A program made the position numbers and the translations under genes. A stretch of 63,848 bases of DNA, filler included, from Octopus bimaculoides (taxonomy: Eukaryota): NCBI RefSeq assembly GCF_001194135.2. It is 7 parts of 7 records of this genome, joined end to end, with 100 filler letters (N's around TTAATTAATTAA, not from the genome) between each part and the next. Parts side by side here need not be neighbours in the genome. Positions count along the whole stretch, not along the records: positions 1 to 16,826 come from NC_069002.1; 6 more parts are not named here. One strand, given 5' to 3'. This document shows positions 1-14,366 of this stretch, in pieces. Under the pieces are notes generated by a model that was not told the origin of the DNA, searched no databases, and saw only the letters and a list, made by a program, of their open reading frames with translations. Position 1 is the stretch's first letter, and each line of letters opens with the position of its first letter.

Positions 1-32
<32 letters not shown>

Positions 33-961
33 CATATATACGTAAATATATACATATATACACTCATATATATTTCTATATCTCTAACGGAAAATTAATG
101 TCTTTGAACTCTAAATTGAAATTACGAACACATATCTATGTTAATGGATATTTTGTATTTCTGTACATTTTATAATAGTTTCCGTGCGCATGTATGTATA
201 TATATATTCATATTTATATATACAGGCATTTATACACATACCTATGCATACATATATTTGCCTATATATATCTGTGTATGTATGCTTACATGTGTGCATG
301 TACTTATGTATGTATGTATGTATGTATGTATGAGTGTGTATGTACGTATGTATTAGCATTAAGATTATTATTGACGTATATATAATGAAAATATTTCTCC
401 GTTCAGGATTTTATCAAAGAACTCACTGAAGTGGAAAAAATTCAAACTTCTGTGCGATAATATATGGATATATATATACTTTTCCCGTTATCGCTACGTC
501 GTTATTTTGTACATATAAATGTACAAAACAAAGAAATAACAAAGAAAAAAATGTCACTGGAAGGTAGATCAACTACATGTACCCGGTGAAAAGACAAAGA
601 ATTATCTATTGTTATACTTGTATGGAGAAAAGGAACTTTCAGTCATATTCTGAATGTTTGTAATAAAATTACTATTTAGAAATCCATTCGTATTCTACTC
701 TATGAACGAAGTGCAAAATAAACATCTAAAACCAATGAACAGTAGTTAACTAAGAAACGAAAACCTTAGAACAATACAAACACAAGTTCAAGACAACAAA
801 TACTTCAGGCCCCAGACCGTGAGGTATTAACTGCTTAATTTCCCTAAAAGCAATGGACTTATTGCTAACAGTCTTTTGAAACATAAAATATATAAAATAA
901 AACCAATAATATGTGACAAATATAGTAACATAAAAAAAAATATTATTAATTACAAACCAAA

Positions 962-1277
962 GCAGGGAGCTGCCAGAAACGTTAGCACGCTGGGCGAAAT
1001 GCTTAGTGGTATTTCGCTCGTCGTTACGTTCTGAGTTCAAATTCCGCCGAGGTCGACTTAGCTTTTCATCCTATCGGGGGGCGATTAAATGAGCACCATT
1101 TATGCACTAGGATTTAATGTAATCGACTTAATCCCCTCTCCCAGCTGCCAGTGACCGATAGAATAAGTACTAGGCTTAAAAAGAATAAGTCCTGGGGTCG
1201 ATTTGCTCGACTAAGGGCGGTGCTCCAGCATGGCCACAGTCAAATGACTGAGACAAGTAAAAGAGTAAAAGAGTAAA
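962..1277 (+). mobile_element. tRNA-derived SINE; family-A head/body joined to family-B 3' tail
   Basis: GAGCTGCCAGAAACGTTAGCACG...GTTCTGAGTTCAAATTCCGCCGAGGTCGACTT matches other copies in the window (23422, 47080). The 3' part GGCGGTGCTCCAGCATGGCCACAGTCAAATGACTGAGACAAGTAAAAGAGTAAAAGAG matches the tail seen at about 20690-20740 (-) and 50600-50735. Confidence 0.85.
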
Positions 1278-2097
1278 TGCCTATTTTGTTTTTTACACAT
1301 TAACTTGTGCACGCTGAACAATGTAAAACGTTGACAAAAAAGAAACTGAACTGTTTCTTGCAATGAATACATCTAAGGCAAATTTTTTTCATGGACCCAT
1401 AAAATACTGCTGTTGCTCCCCAATCTATTATTTTGCGTGTATGGACCCCCAAAATCTTATATGGAGCCGCAGTGTTCATATGGCTCCAGGTTGAGAAGCG
1501 ATAGCATATACTCTCACGATACTACTTCTAGCATGGATCTTTCCATGGTTTTTTGCATCGTAGTAAATCGTTGTTCTTCCCCTTTCGTAGCAGCCCACAT
1601 CTCATTAAATATGAAACGTATATGGCTATCTTTGATTAATTCTACTTCTATTGCATTTAACGGATTTTATTCAGTTGGGCAATGCTAGAGAATGTTTTAC
1701 AAGAAGCTGACTGAGAGCGCACGCCATTGACAAAGGCCAACAAGCCTCAAATGCCTCTGGCCTTCTCGGTAGTCGCTTCTGAAACGGTTTTCCTTTCCCT
1801 CCGACAAATATTGTGTTTTTAAACACATTACATCCATAACAAATATTATTATCTTCAGGCGAATACTGCAGTAAATTTACCTTTAGCTGATGTATTTACA
1901 TTAAGTATGACACAGAGATGGTTGTTAGAGAAAGAGAGATAGGCAGACAGAGAGGGAGGGAGAGAGAACGAGAGGATGAAAGTACATATAGGCGAGTGTG
2001 TTACTATGTGTATCGTGTTTAGATGTTTATTCACAATCATGTATATTTATAAATGTATACAGACATACGTACAAGCATACATACGTATGTGTGTGTG

Positions 2098-2201
<104 letters not shown>

Positions 2202-2371
2202 TACATGCATATACATATATATAGATATACATAATTATTACATGTATATATTTATATATATACATATATGTATGCATACACATGTATAAATATAGATACA
2301 TACATATTACAAATATATATTTATATATGCATACATATATATATGTATATATATATACTTATATAATATAT

Positions 2372-2402
<31 letters not shown>

Positions 2403-3064
2403 CAAATATATATCCANNNNNNNNNNNNNNNNNNNNNNNNNNNNNNNNNNNNNNNNNNNNNNNNNNNNNNNNNNNNNNNNNNNNNNNNNNNNNNNNNNNN
2501 NNNNNNNNNNNNNNNNNNNNNNNNNNNNNNNNNNNNNNNNNNNNNNNNNNNNNNNNNNNNNNNNNNNNNNNNNNNNNNNNNNNNNNNNNNNNNNNNNNNN
2601 NNNNNNNNNNNNNNNNNNNNNNNNNNNNNNNNNNNNNNNNNNNNNNNNNNNNNNNNNNNNNNNNNNNNNNNNNNNNNNNNNNNNNNNNNNNNNNNNNNNN
2701 NNNNNNNNNNNNNNNNNNNNNNNNNNNNNNNNNNNNNNNNNNNNNNNNNNNNNNNNNNNNNNNNNNNNNNNNNNNNNNNNNNNNNNNNNNNNNNNNNNNN
2801 NNNNNNNNNNNNNNNNNNNNNNNNNNNNNNNNNNNNNNNNNNNNNNNNNTTCTTGTAATATTTTGTTTTACCAAATTGAAAATGAATTTTGGAATTAACA
2901 ATGAATCTAAAATCTGTTTGTACGAAGTTGCACTTTCACTTTCCGTCAATTCTTAAGTGCAGGTCTCTAAAATCATTCTAATGTATTTACAGACAAAGCT
3001 TAAGACTAAACACATACTGGCAGTCACAACAGGCACACACAGGCACACATACACACACACACAC

Positions 3065-3103
<39 letters not shown>

Positions 3104-3157
3104 TATACATATGTATACATATGTATGTGTGTATATATATCTAAATATATGTATCTA

Positions 3158-3212
<55 letters not shown>

Positions 3213-4432
3213 TGAGAGAGAGAGAGAGAGAAAGAGAGAAAGAAAAAAGGGAAAGAGGTGCATACAGATACATATATACGAATACATATTCACATACATG
3301 TGTACATATATATATATATATATATACGTATGTATGTATGTACAGATGCATGTGTGTATGTGTGTATATATATTCATGCGTGTGTATGTATATACATATA
3401 TACATATATTTATGTATATATACATGTATATACACACATACACACATATATACACACACATATATATACATATATATATACATACATATACATATATATA
3501 TATATATATANNNNNNNNNNNNNNNNNNNNNNNNNNNNNNNNNNNNNNNNNNNNNNNNNNNNNNNNNNNNNNNNNNNNNNNNNNNNNNNNNNNNNNNNNN
3601 NNNNNNNNNNNNNNNNNNNNNNNNNNNNNNNNNNNNNNNNNNNNNNNNNNNNNNNNNNNNNNNNNNNNNNNNNNNNNNNNNNNNNNNNNNNNNNNNNNNN
3701 NNNNNNNNNNNNNNNNNNNNNNNNNNNNNNNNNNNNNNNNNNNNNNNNNNNNNNNNNNNNNNNNNNNNNNNNNNNNNNNNNNNNNNNNNNNNNNNNNNNN
3801 NNNNNNNNNNNNNNNNNNNNNNNNNNNNNNNNNNNNNNNNNNNNNNNNNNNNNNNNNNNNNNNNNNNNNNNNNNNNNNNNNNNNNNNNNNNNNNNNNNNN
3901 NNNNNNNNNNNNNNNNNNNNNNNNNNNNNNNNNNNNNNNNNNNNNNNNNNNNNNNNNNNNNNNNNNNNNNNNNNNNNNNNNNNNNNNNNNNNNNNNNNNN
4001 NNNNNNNNNNNNNNNNNNNNNNNNNNNNNNNNNNNNNNNNNNNNNNNNNNNNNNNNNNNNNNNNNNNNNNNNNNNNNNNNNNNNNNNNNNNNNNNNNNNN
4101 NNNNNNNNNNNNNNNNNNNNNNNNNNNNNNNNNNNNNNNNNNNNNNNNNNNNNNNNNNNNNNNNNNNNNNNNNNNNNNNNNNNNNNNNNNNNNNNNNNNN
4201 NNNNNNNNNNNNNNNNNNNNNNNNNNNNNNNNNNNNNNNNNNNNNNNNNNNNNNNNNNNNNNNNNNNNNNNNNNNNNNNNNNNNNNNNNNNNNNNNNNNN
4301 NNNNNNNNNNNNNNNNNNNNNNNNNNNNNNNNNNNNNNNNNNNNNNNNNNNNNNNNNNNNNNNNNNNNNNNNNNNNNNNNNNNNNNNNNNNNNNNNNNNN
4401 NNNNNNNNNNNNNNNNNNNNNNNNNNNNNNNN

Positions 4433-4466
<34 letters not shown>

Positions 4467-4951
4467 GTATATAATTATTACAGTGAAAATTATCAGAAAG
4501 GCCTGTTCTATTCATTTTTCAAGCACATATCCATATACATAAATATGTATATATGAATATATGTATGTATATATGTATGTATGTATAACAAGGATTATTA
4601 AGCAATTGTGGACACAATACCAGTCTGCAATATATTACTTATTTCTAAGTGATTAAGTATCCTTTTTTTACATTACATCTTTATGTTCGCCATAAAATGG
4701 CTCTTCAGGCATTGTCAAGTAAAATCTATTGTTCCGTCCAGCATGTGTTAATTCTGAATAATTTATGGGAATAAATGAATGAATTAAATACATATGTACG
4801 GGCATTAGTTAATTGTTGAAATATGTTTGTGGGTATATATAACATACAGTGGACTCTCCTATCGTGGATGACAGACAAAGCGACGGAGACTCTTTACAAA
4901 ACAGCCTGCACAGATGTCTTGTATATAGTAATCACATATCCGTACATGTAC

Positions 4952-5014
<63 letters not shown>

Positions 5015-5608
5015 CAGACTGAATCTTCAGGATTTCTCAAGCAAGGTGTGAAGTCGAATCGTGTTTACAACAGAAGTTCCCTCTGTAATGTACTGACAAA
5101 GCAATAACATCGAGCGCGGAACACTATGACTTGGTATATAAATCCTTAACTGATACGAGCCTCCGACAGATGACATAAAGTAGACTGTGGCTGCCATCTT
5201 AGCCCATCCCACGACTACATAATGTTCCTTTGCTTTTTCATTTGTGATTTCCACCCCGTAGTTGATCATTTTCCTCCATTTGCACAGCTATTCTTTTGTG
5301 TAATGCGAGGAAACTTTTCAGTTAATACTCTTTACACCGTTATCGTCAGCTGGTTGTTTGGTTTGACACTTTCTCTCATAAATGAGGTCCGTTTTTAGGT
5401 AACCACCCATCGGTATTTTTATCGAGACACCATCTGTAGCAAGGTTGCTCACCTATGCAGAAGAGGTTTTGCTCCCTTTGTTTATTTAAATCAGAGTAGG
5501 CCTTCAGCTTGGCTGATTACCCTGCAATGCTAACGAACTGAACCTATCCAGAGCACTGGTTATTTGAAGGCGTCAAAAACTCGTATTTTCACTCCCTTCT
5601 CTTGCTAG

Positions 5609-5785
5609 TTCCAAACGGCTTCGCCATGCGAAAGACACGTATCAAAGGCTACATTCTTCGCAGACCATTGAGGCAATTTATATGCAAAAGGCGCTCAAAT
5701 ACTTTCACCGCCCTAACAATGACAGTTTTCTACTTCATTATTATTATTCTTATTTCACCATTTTCAAACACGACCGAAAAGTCAA
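5609..5785 (+). CDS. Candidate coding exon: basic N-tail plus hydrophobic segment (type II membrane-like); unverified
   Basis: Pyrimidine-rich acceptor TATTTTCACTCCCTTCTCTTGCTAG, GCCATG at 5623-5628, open frame MRKTRIKGYILRRPLRQFICKRRSNTFTALTMTVFYFIIIILISPFSNTTEKS, donor TCAA|GTAATT. No recognised homology. Confidence 0.3.
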
Positions 5786-6344
5786 GTAATTTTGTAACAC
5801 CAATCGATGAAAAGTATAGACAATATCGTAACTTTTAGAGTATTTCCTATGCAGTTTTCTATTAAGGTTTTTGTTATTTCATTGGGGTTTTTGTTTCGAT
5901 ATTTTCAATATCTATTAATTATATCTTAAGGGCCTGATGTATTGCTTTTCAAAGGCAGTCACTTAATTTAATGCACCCTTCCCTATGGATACGTATCAAT
6001 GACTTAATCTAGACGACATCGTCGTCATCGTCGTCTTTAAATGCACTTAATTGGGTCGACTTCGCTTAATTATTTACGACGTGAAATTTTCCCGAAGCTA
6101 ATTTGTTTTCGAGTGATGGGAAAATTATCTTTTATGGAAGAATGGGAATGAGAAGAAGACGAGAAGGAGGAGGAGGAGGATCGGGAGCAAGAGGAGGAAA
6201 AGAAAGCAGAAAATGAAGAAGCATTTTCCAACTGTCTTTATATACATGTACGATCATATACATATGTCTGTATCTGTGTGTGTGTATGTTTCCATATATA
6301 TGTATATAGATAGGCAGACAAATAGTTCAGACAGATAGACAGTG

Positions 6345-6386
<42 letters not shown>

Positions 6387-6499
6387 GTACCTAAATAGAG
6401 AGAGAGAGAGAGGGATATACACTCACAAGCAGATATGTTGATATGTGAACATGTACACATACAAACACATAAATATACATATGTATGCATATAAATACA

Positions 6500-6533
<34 letters not shown>

Positions 6534-7601
6534 NNNNNNNNNNNNNNNNNNNNNNNNNNNNNNNNNNNNNNNNNNNNNNNNNNNNNNNNNNNNNNNNNNN
6601 NNNNNNNNNNNNNNNNNNNNNNNNNNNNNNNNNNNNNNNNNNNNNNNNNNNNNNNNNNNNNNNNNNNNNNNNNNNNNNNNNNNNNNNNNNNNNNNNNNNN
6701 NNNNNNNNNNNNNNNNNNNNNNNNNNNNNNNNNNNNNNNNNNNNNNNTGTATGCACACACATATATGTATGTGTGCGTGTATGTACGCATTTATATGTGT
6801 ATGTAAGTATCCATACAATTAGAAATCACTCTACGTTTTCGGATAAGATTCACAGGTCTTAGAAAATAAAACTAACATTTTCTCATTTAACAAAAAAAAA
6901 ATTAAAGCAAAAAATAAAAAAAATTATACAGAACAAAGAAGATAACAAAAGAAGACAAGAATTGTGTATCTTATCTAATTACATTTCCAACATACGTGTC
7001 GTAAATCATCTTCAAACACATTATTTTTATTATTTTTATTAAAATATTTTACTATTTTAAATGAGGATTTACTCCAATGGTACATACATATAGTGAGAAG
7101 CAGCGTTTAAAGAGTGCAATACTAGATTGCTAGCGATTTTTAATAAAGCATGACAGAATCTAATTCCATTCTAACATTGATTGATTACAATAAAGGTAAC
7201 ATGTATTGCAATTCAAATTCAATATTATTACTTCTGACACTCTGGTCTCGTTAGTATTGAGCAGCGGTTCGCTTAGTTCACTTTCATTTATTAACTTTTA
7301 TTCAAGAATAAGTGAAGGAGGTCTAACAACTTCAAACAACAGGCTAGAAACAGTAGCAGTATATATATATAATACAAATGTTATACATACATATATGTAC
7401 ATACCTACATCTACATGTATATATAGATGCATATCCGGGTACAGGACGTCAAAAAAAAGCAACGGGAACATGAACAAAGCCAAAAAACGGACTTTTTTAC
7501 GGACAACAGAATGAACACATAGGAAAATAGACAAGCCACTTATGAAACTTTTCCTTCATCAGCTGCCTCTATTCTAAACTAGGCGTTTTGAAGATGAAGC
7601 A

Positions 7602-7642
<41 letters not shown>

Positions 7643-7664
7643 TGTGTGTTTGTGTGTGTGTGTG

Positions 7665-7714
<50 letters not shown>

Positions 7715-8057
7715 CATACATCTTAATGTGAGAGTTGTATAGTATAGAAAATATATTTATGTAATGCATATGTTACCTGATTTAAAGCTCAAAAGTTTAG
7801 GCAGAAGAGATAAATATATTTATCAGATCAAAATTTGACAGTCTATTCTGAATTTCGTCCTTGGTCGTTCACAAGTAGTCGGGGGCGAAATTCAGAGAAG
7901 ATTACCAATTGTTTAAATAATGTGTGCATGTGTGTGAGAGAGAGACAGAGAGAGCAAGTGTGTGTGTATATATGTTTGTAGAGTGAAAGAGTGGGTGGGG
8001 TGTTTGTGGGCAAATATATCCAAACAACAGTTTTTAATCATATCTCTTCCTAATACA

Positions 8058-8297
8058 GAAAAGAAAAATGCAACGAAATTCTCCAACTATGAGTGGAATT
8101 TGAAAGAACACGCTAATCTTCGCGAGATGTGGACCATACAGAAACAGTAAAAAGAATACGGGTTATATACAGTTGAAAAGAGTTACATATTCAAAATCCT
8201 CAACAATTCTAAATTTCCGAAGGAATATCTTACTAAGTGTTTCCACTTTAATAAATGTCTCCTGAAACACTGGAAGATTATACCACAAAATGACTAA
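8058..8297 (+). mobile_element. Penelope-like element GIY-YIG endonuclease C-terminal remnant
   Basis: Translation EKKNATKFSNYEWNLKEHANLREMWTIQKQ*KEYGLYTVEKSYIFKILNNSKFPKEYLTKCFHFNKCLLKHW resembles the PLE C-terminus pattern (T.LS.YIW.LK...W.I...C.LC..EK..I...KC.H.NK.LL). One in-frame stop. Confidence 0.6.
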
Positions 8298-8849
8298 ATA
8301 TAATAAAACTATTTGCCAGGAAGAGCATCTCCATTTCGCTCCTCAGTTTTTAACTCACATTGTGAGACATTCTCTCCCGATAGTCTCTTAGATTTAACCA
8401 TCAATTGATAAAAATTGAAAAACTTTACAAACTATGTTCTACAAAATTAATATCCCTAGAAATATTCTGACAATTGAGAACAGTACAGATCTTATCGGCT
8501 TCGTTATTTTCAGATTCTATACATTTTAAAGACAAATAAAAATCTGTTTTCTCATGCACTATTATTATATACATTTTTTAACAGACACACAATATCAGTT
8601 TTTCAAAAAGCTCTGTACTCACGTAAATATATACCTTTTTTAATATATTTCATAATGTATTTATTGTTTTTTCTCTGATATATTGTTTTGTATTATTTTA
8701 ATTTTCTTTTCTAAATTGCAAGCTTTTCCCGCTTCTCTGTTTTTGAAATTACGATATTATTGTCAAAGAAGAACACACTTTTGTTCCCGTTCTGTCTAAC
8801 CAGCACTTATACAGATATTTGAAAGGACTTGCTATTATTATAGATATAG

Positions 8850-8921
<72 letters not shown>

Positions 8922-9292
8922 ACATATATAAATAAATATATATATATATAAAATTTCGTTTCATTTTCCTTAAAAGTTCGAATAACGGAATGAGAAACGC
9001 TCAGTAATGTCTTCTGAAGTTTCAGCTAATATAACATTATAAAATTCTACTTAAATCTTAAGTATTCACACAACTCCGTTTTTAATGCACATATATGTGC
9101 ACGCACACACACACACATATATATATATATATACATATATATAAAGTATATCATATATACGTATCTTATATCCACAAATGTACACATATAGATATACATG
9201 CTTAAATGTACGTATATATACGCATATATATATATATGTGTGTGTGTGTGCATATATATGAATATTTATATATATATATATATATATATATG

Positions 9293-9327
<35 letters not shown>

Positions 9328-9701
9328 NNNNNNNNNNNNNNNNNNNNNNNNNNNNNNNNNNNNNNNNNNNNNNNNNNNNNNNNNNNNNNNNNNNNNNNNN
9401 NNNNNNNNNNNNNNNNNNNNNNNNNNNNNNNNNNNNNNNNNNNNNNNNNNNNNNNNNNNNNNNNNNNNNNNNNNNNNNNNNNNNNNNNNNNNNNNNNNNN
9501 NNNNNNNNNNNNNNNNNNNNNNNNNNNNNNNNNNNNNNNNNNNNNNNNNNNNNNNNNNNNNNNNNNNNNNNNNNNNNNNNNNNNNNNNNNNNNNNNNNNN
9601 NNNNNNNNNNNNNNNNNNNNNNNNNNNNNNNNNNNNNNNNNNNNNNNNNNNNNNNNNNNNNNNNNNNNNNNNNNNNNNNNNNNNNNNNNNNNNNNNNNNN
9701 N

Positions 9702-9750
<49 letters not shown>

Positions 9751-10722
9751 AATTCTTAGGCCTGTTTCGTTTCATAGTCGATTATTCCTCTTATTTGCTA
9801 CTATTCACGACACTTCACAACTAGATGTTCAGATTATCGATTACTACCAAGATGATGTTCACGCTATTGAAAAAAAAAATTATTCCAGCGAAAATTTGAT
9901 AGACGCAAAAGTAAGATATTTATTTGTAGAAAAAAAAAGAAAGAAAAACATAAAGAAAAAGAACGAACGAAAACTAAAATCATTTATATGTTCTCACATG
10001 TGAAAGATAAAAATAGAGGCGAGCGAATGAATAGAGATGAAGATGTGTTTATCGCTGGAGATAATTGTTTGATAGATGTTTTGAGAGGAATGGTATAAAG
10101 ATATTTGAAGGTTGTTAGTTCTAAATAATGGGGAGAATATAAGAATAGATATTGCAGAGATAGATATCTATTGCCTCTCCCTTGCTTTTCTCTTCTTTCA
10201 ATCACCCTCTCTCCCTGTACGTATGTATATATATATAGAGAGAGAGAGATAGATAGATAGATACATATAAATATATATATATANNNNNNNNNNNNNNNNN
10301 NNNNNNNNNNNNNNNNNNNNNNNNNNNNNNNNNNNNNNNNNNNNNNNNNNNNNNNNNNNNNNNNNNNNNNNNNNNNNNNNNNNNNNNNNNNNNNNNNNNN
10401 NNNNNNNNNNNNNNNNNNNNNNNNNNNNNNNNNNNNNNNNNNNNNNNNNNNNNNNNNNNNNNNNNNNNNNNNNNNNNNNNNNNNNNNNNNNNNNNNNNNN
10501 NNNNNNNNNNNNNNNNNNNNNNNNNNNNNNNNNNNNNNNNNNNNNNNNNNNNNNNNNNNNNNNNNNNNNNNNNNNNNNNNNNNNNNNNNNNNNNNNNNNN
10601 NNNNNNNNNNNNNNNNNNNNNNNNNNNNNNNNNNNNNNNNNNNNNNNNNNNNNNNNNNNNNNNNNNNNNNNNNNNNNNNNNNNNNNNNNNNNNNNNNNNN
10701 NNNNNNNNNNNNNNNNNNNNNN

Positions 10723-10782
<60 letters not shown>

Positions 10783-11770
10783 GTGTGTGTGTATACATAC
10801 ATACATGTATATTTATTTATACATATATATATATGTGTATTTAAATATGCCTTTATTTGTATGTATGAATATATGTATATATGTATGCATACATATATAC
10901 ATATATGTGCATATATGTAAATACGTTTCCAAGTATATGAAGTTAATTAAATTTTAAGCTTTCAATATAGATAATGTTTTATATTATTGATACATATCAT
11001 TGATAATATGTTTTATATTATTGATAAGACAGTGCTCGATTGAGATACCATTAATTGAAATATGAATTAGACATCTAAATATACTGGAAACAGCATAATG
11101 GTATACTGTCTGCCTGGTACCCCAGTCTTAGAGTTTGATATGTTTTATATACAATTATTAGGAGGTGAAGATGAGAGATCCTATAACCGTATGTAATATC
11201 TAGTTTATGTCTAGGGTGTTACAAGTATTTCAAAGCTGATGCACAAAGCAACAGAAGAATCAGAAAGTAAGTGTAATATATGTATATTTACAGGTTTCAG
11301 AAAAAAGCGCAGAGATGACTCAATACGAAGCTTGCTTCGCAACCATGTGGTCTTGGACTCAGTGCATTGTGTAGCACCTAGAATAAGTGTCTTCAGCTAT
11401 AGCCCGAGGACACCTGAAGCCTTATTTTTGCACTACACACTTAAAGATAATGACAGATGCCTTTTCGATAATAAAGTATTTTTTAGAAATTAATGAACTT
11501 TTTTTAAACGCCAATCAACCAATTAGTACGCGTTTTGGCCAGTTTCTTTTTGTCCTACGCACTCATAAATGATAGGAGAATTCTTGAAAGTTAGAAGAGA
11601 TTTTGGAAATCGGAGATCACCGCTGCAATCCCTGCTTCATTTACTTTCAAACACAAAATGAAACGTAATTTAAAACCAACAGCGAAATTCGTTTGAATTT
11701 TTCTCATTAACCCCTAAACTCATTTATCCAAAACGAAAAGTATTTTTTAAATTGTTAAATATCAACTAGT

Positions 11771-12119
11771 TTATGGCTCCGGAACCTTGATCGCGTGTTC
11801 CTGCTTGTGTTCCTGGAAAGATTTTCGAACCCCTTCTTGATCTTGGCCACCAGCACGGCTTTAGTTTTTCAGGCAGTGCAGTTAGTCTTCCCCAACTGCA
11901 CCTCACACAGTAATTCACGCGATCACAATCGTGGAGGCCAGAAACTGAGGCTGGTGAGGTCGTAACAATTCTCCGACAAAACCACTTTCTAACTTTTTCC
12001 GCAATTTATGGCAAGGAGGGGAGTGTTGCTGTCATGCATATGACTTTCCTGCAGCAACACCCTGCAGCCAGACTTTGAGCCTAAGGACCTGTTGTTGGCC
12101 AGAGCGCCTAGTTGGGGGG
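11771..12119 (-). mobile_element. Tc1/mariner superfamily (maT/DD37D-like) transposase C-terminal remnant
   Basis: Frameshifted translation VLRLKVWLQGVAAGKSYA*QQHSPPCH...SENCYDLTSLSFWPP...VQLGKTNCTA*KTKAVLVAKIKKGFENLSRNTSRNTRSRFRS resembles the WQQDSAPCH / WPPNSPD(L/C)NPLDY / ACxRFRSR motifs. Confidence 0.75.
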
Positions 12120-12226
12120 NNNNNNNNNNTTTGCGGAGCTTAGTGTTGCTGATGGGGGTGGTCTTAGTGGTGGCTGTAGTAGTGGTGGCGGTTGTCATGT
12201 TCCTGGTAGTAGTAGTAGTAGTAGTT

Positions 12227-12277
<51 letters not shown>

Positions 12278-13146
12278 CTGGTGGTGGTGCTGGTACTAGT
12301 GTCAGTATTGGTAGTAGTAGTAATAGTAGTAGAGTGAGGAAGAGGCGGNNNNNNNNNNNNNNNNNNNNNNNNNNNNNNNNNNNNNNNNNNNNNNNNNNNN
12401 NNNNNNNNNNNNNNNNNNNNNNNNNNNNNNNNNNNNNNNNNNNNNNNNNNNNNNNNNNNNNNNNNNNNNNNNNNNNNNNNNNNNNNNNNNNNNNNNNNNN
12501 NNNNNNNNNNNNNNNNNNNNNNNNNNNNNNNNNNNNNNNNNNNNNNNNNNNNNNNNNNNNNNNNNNNNNNNNNNNNNNNNNNNNNNNNNNNNNNNNNNNN
12601 NNNNNNNNNNNNNNNNNNNNNNNNNNNNNNNNNNNNNNNNNNNNNNNNNNNNNNNNNNNNNNNNNNNNNNNNNNNNNNNNNNNNNNNNNNNNNNNNNNNN
12701 NNNNNNNNNNNNNNNNNNNNNNNNNNNNNNNNNNNNNNNNNNNNNNNNNNNNNNNNNNNNNNNNNNNNNNNNNNNNNNNNNNNNNNNNNNNNNNNNNNNN
12801 NNNNNNNNNNNNNNNNNNNNNNNNNNNNNNNNNNNNNNNNNNNNNNNNNNNNNNNNNNNNNNNNNNNNNNNNNNNNNNNNNNNNNNNNNNNNNNNNNNNN
12901 NNNNNNNNNNNNNNNNNNNNNNNNNNNNNNNNNNNNNNNNNNNNNNNNNNNNNNNNNNNNNNNNNNNNNNNNNNNNNNNNNNNNNNNNNNNNNNNNNNNN
13001 NNNNNNNNNNNNNNNNNNNNNNNNNNNNNNNNNNNNNNNNNNNNNNNNNNNNNNNNNNNNNNNNNNNNNNNNNNNNNNNNNNNNNNNNNNNNNNNNNNNN
13101 NNNNNNNNNNNNNNNNNNNNNNNNNNNNNNNNNNNNNNNNNNNNNN

Positions 13147-13181
<35 letters not shown>

Positions 13182-14334
13182 TGGGGTGTACGTATGTGGG
13201 TATGTATTATATACATATGCATGCATATATGTATATAAATGTGTGAGTGTATATAAATGTATGTGATTGTGTGTCCCTTCTCAAATATATGGATATATAT
13301 ATATACACACATTAATAATTACACAGACATTTTGTTTGCGTGTTGAAAATATCTGTTTATATGGACCTATATACACAAATATATTTATACATACATACAT
13401 ATATATACATGTATATATNNNNNNNNNNNNNNNNNNNNNNNNNNNNNNNNNNNNNNNNNNNNNNNNNNNNNNNNNNNNNNNNNNNNNNNNNNNNNNNNNN
13501 NNNNNNNNNNNNNNNNNNNNNNNNNNNNNNNNNNNNNNNNNNNNNNNNNNNNNNNNNNNNNNNNNNNNNNNNNNNNNNNNNNNNNNNNNNNNNNNNNNNN
13601 NNNNNNNNNNNNNNNNNNNNNNNNNNNNNNNNNNNNNNNNNNNNNNNNNNNNNNNNNNNNNNNNNNNNNNNNNNNNNNNNNNNNNNNNNNNNNNNNNNNN
13701 NNNNNNNNNNNNNNNNNNNNNNNNNNNNNNNNNNNNNNNNNNNNNNNNNNNNNNNNNNNNNNNNNNNNNNNNNNNNNNNNNNNNNNNNNNNNNNNNNNNN
13801 NNNNNNNNNNNNNNNNNNNNNNNNNNNNNNNNNNNNNNNNNNNNNNNNNNNNNNNNNNNNNNNNNNNNNNNNNNNNNNNNNNNNNNNNNNNNNNNNNNNN
13901 NNNNNNNNNNNNNNNNNNNNNNNNNNNNNNNNNNNNNNNNNNNNNNNNNNNNNNNNNNNNNNNNNNNNNNNNNNNNNNNNNNNNNNNNNNNNNNNNNNNN
14001 NNNNNNNNNNNNNNNNNNNNNNNNNNNNNNNNNNNNNNNNNNNNNNNNNNNNNNNNNNNNNNNNNNNNNNNNNNNNNNNNNNNNNNNNNNNNNNNNNNNN
14101 NNNNNNNNNNNNNNNNNNNNNNNNNNNNNNNNNNNNNNNNNNNNNNNNNNNNNNNNNNNNNNNNNNNNNNNNNNNNNNNNNNNNNNNNNNNNNNNNNNNN
14201 NNNNNNNNNNNNNNNNNNNNNNNNNNNNNNNNNNNNNNNNNNNNNNNNNNNNNNNNNNNNNNNNNNNNNNNNNNNNNNNNNNNNNNNNNNNNNNNNNNNN
14301 NNNNNNNNNNNNNNNNNNNNNNNNNNNNNNNNNN

Positions 14335-14366
<32 letters not shown>

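Noticed and set aside
1270-1510. hAT-MITE-like end (GGCTCCAGGTTGAGAAGCG)
   Set aside because: Only one degenerate terminus seen; not supportable.
5027-5560. Protein-like minus-strand frames (MINYGVEITNEKAKEHYVVVGWAKM...)
   Set aside because: No motif recognised with confidence; possibly an old transposase relic.
11215-11266. Possible 52-nt exon (AG...GTAAGT; GCYKYFKADAQSNRRIR or GVTSISKLMHKATEESE)
   Set aside because: Weak acceptor, no recognisable homology, and a stop when joined in frame to the 5609 candidate.
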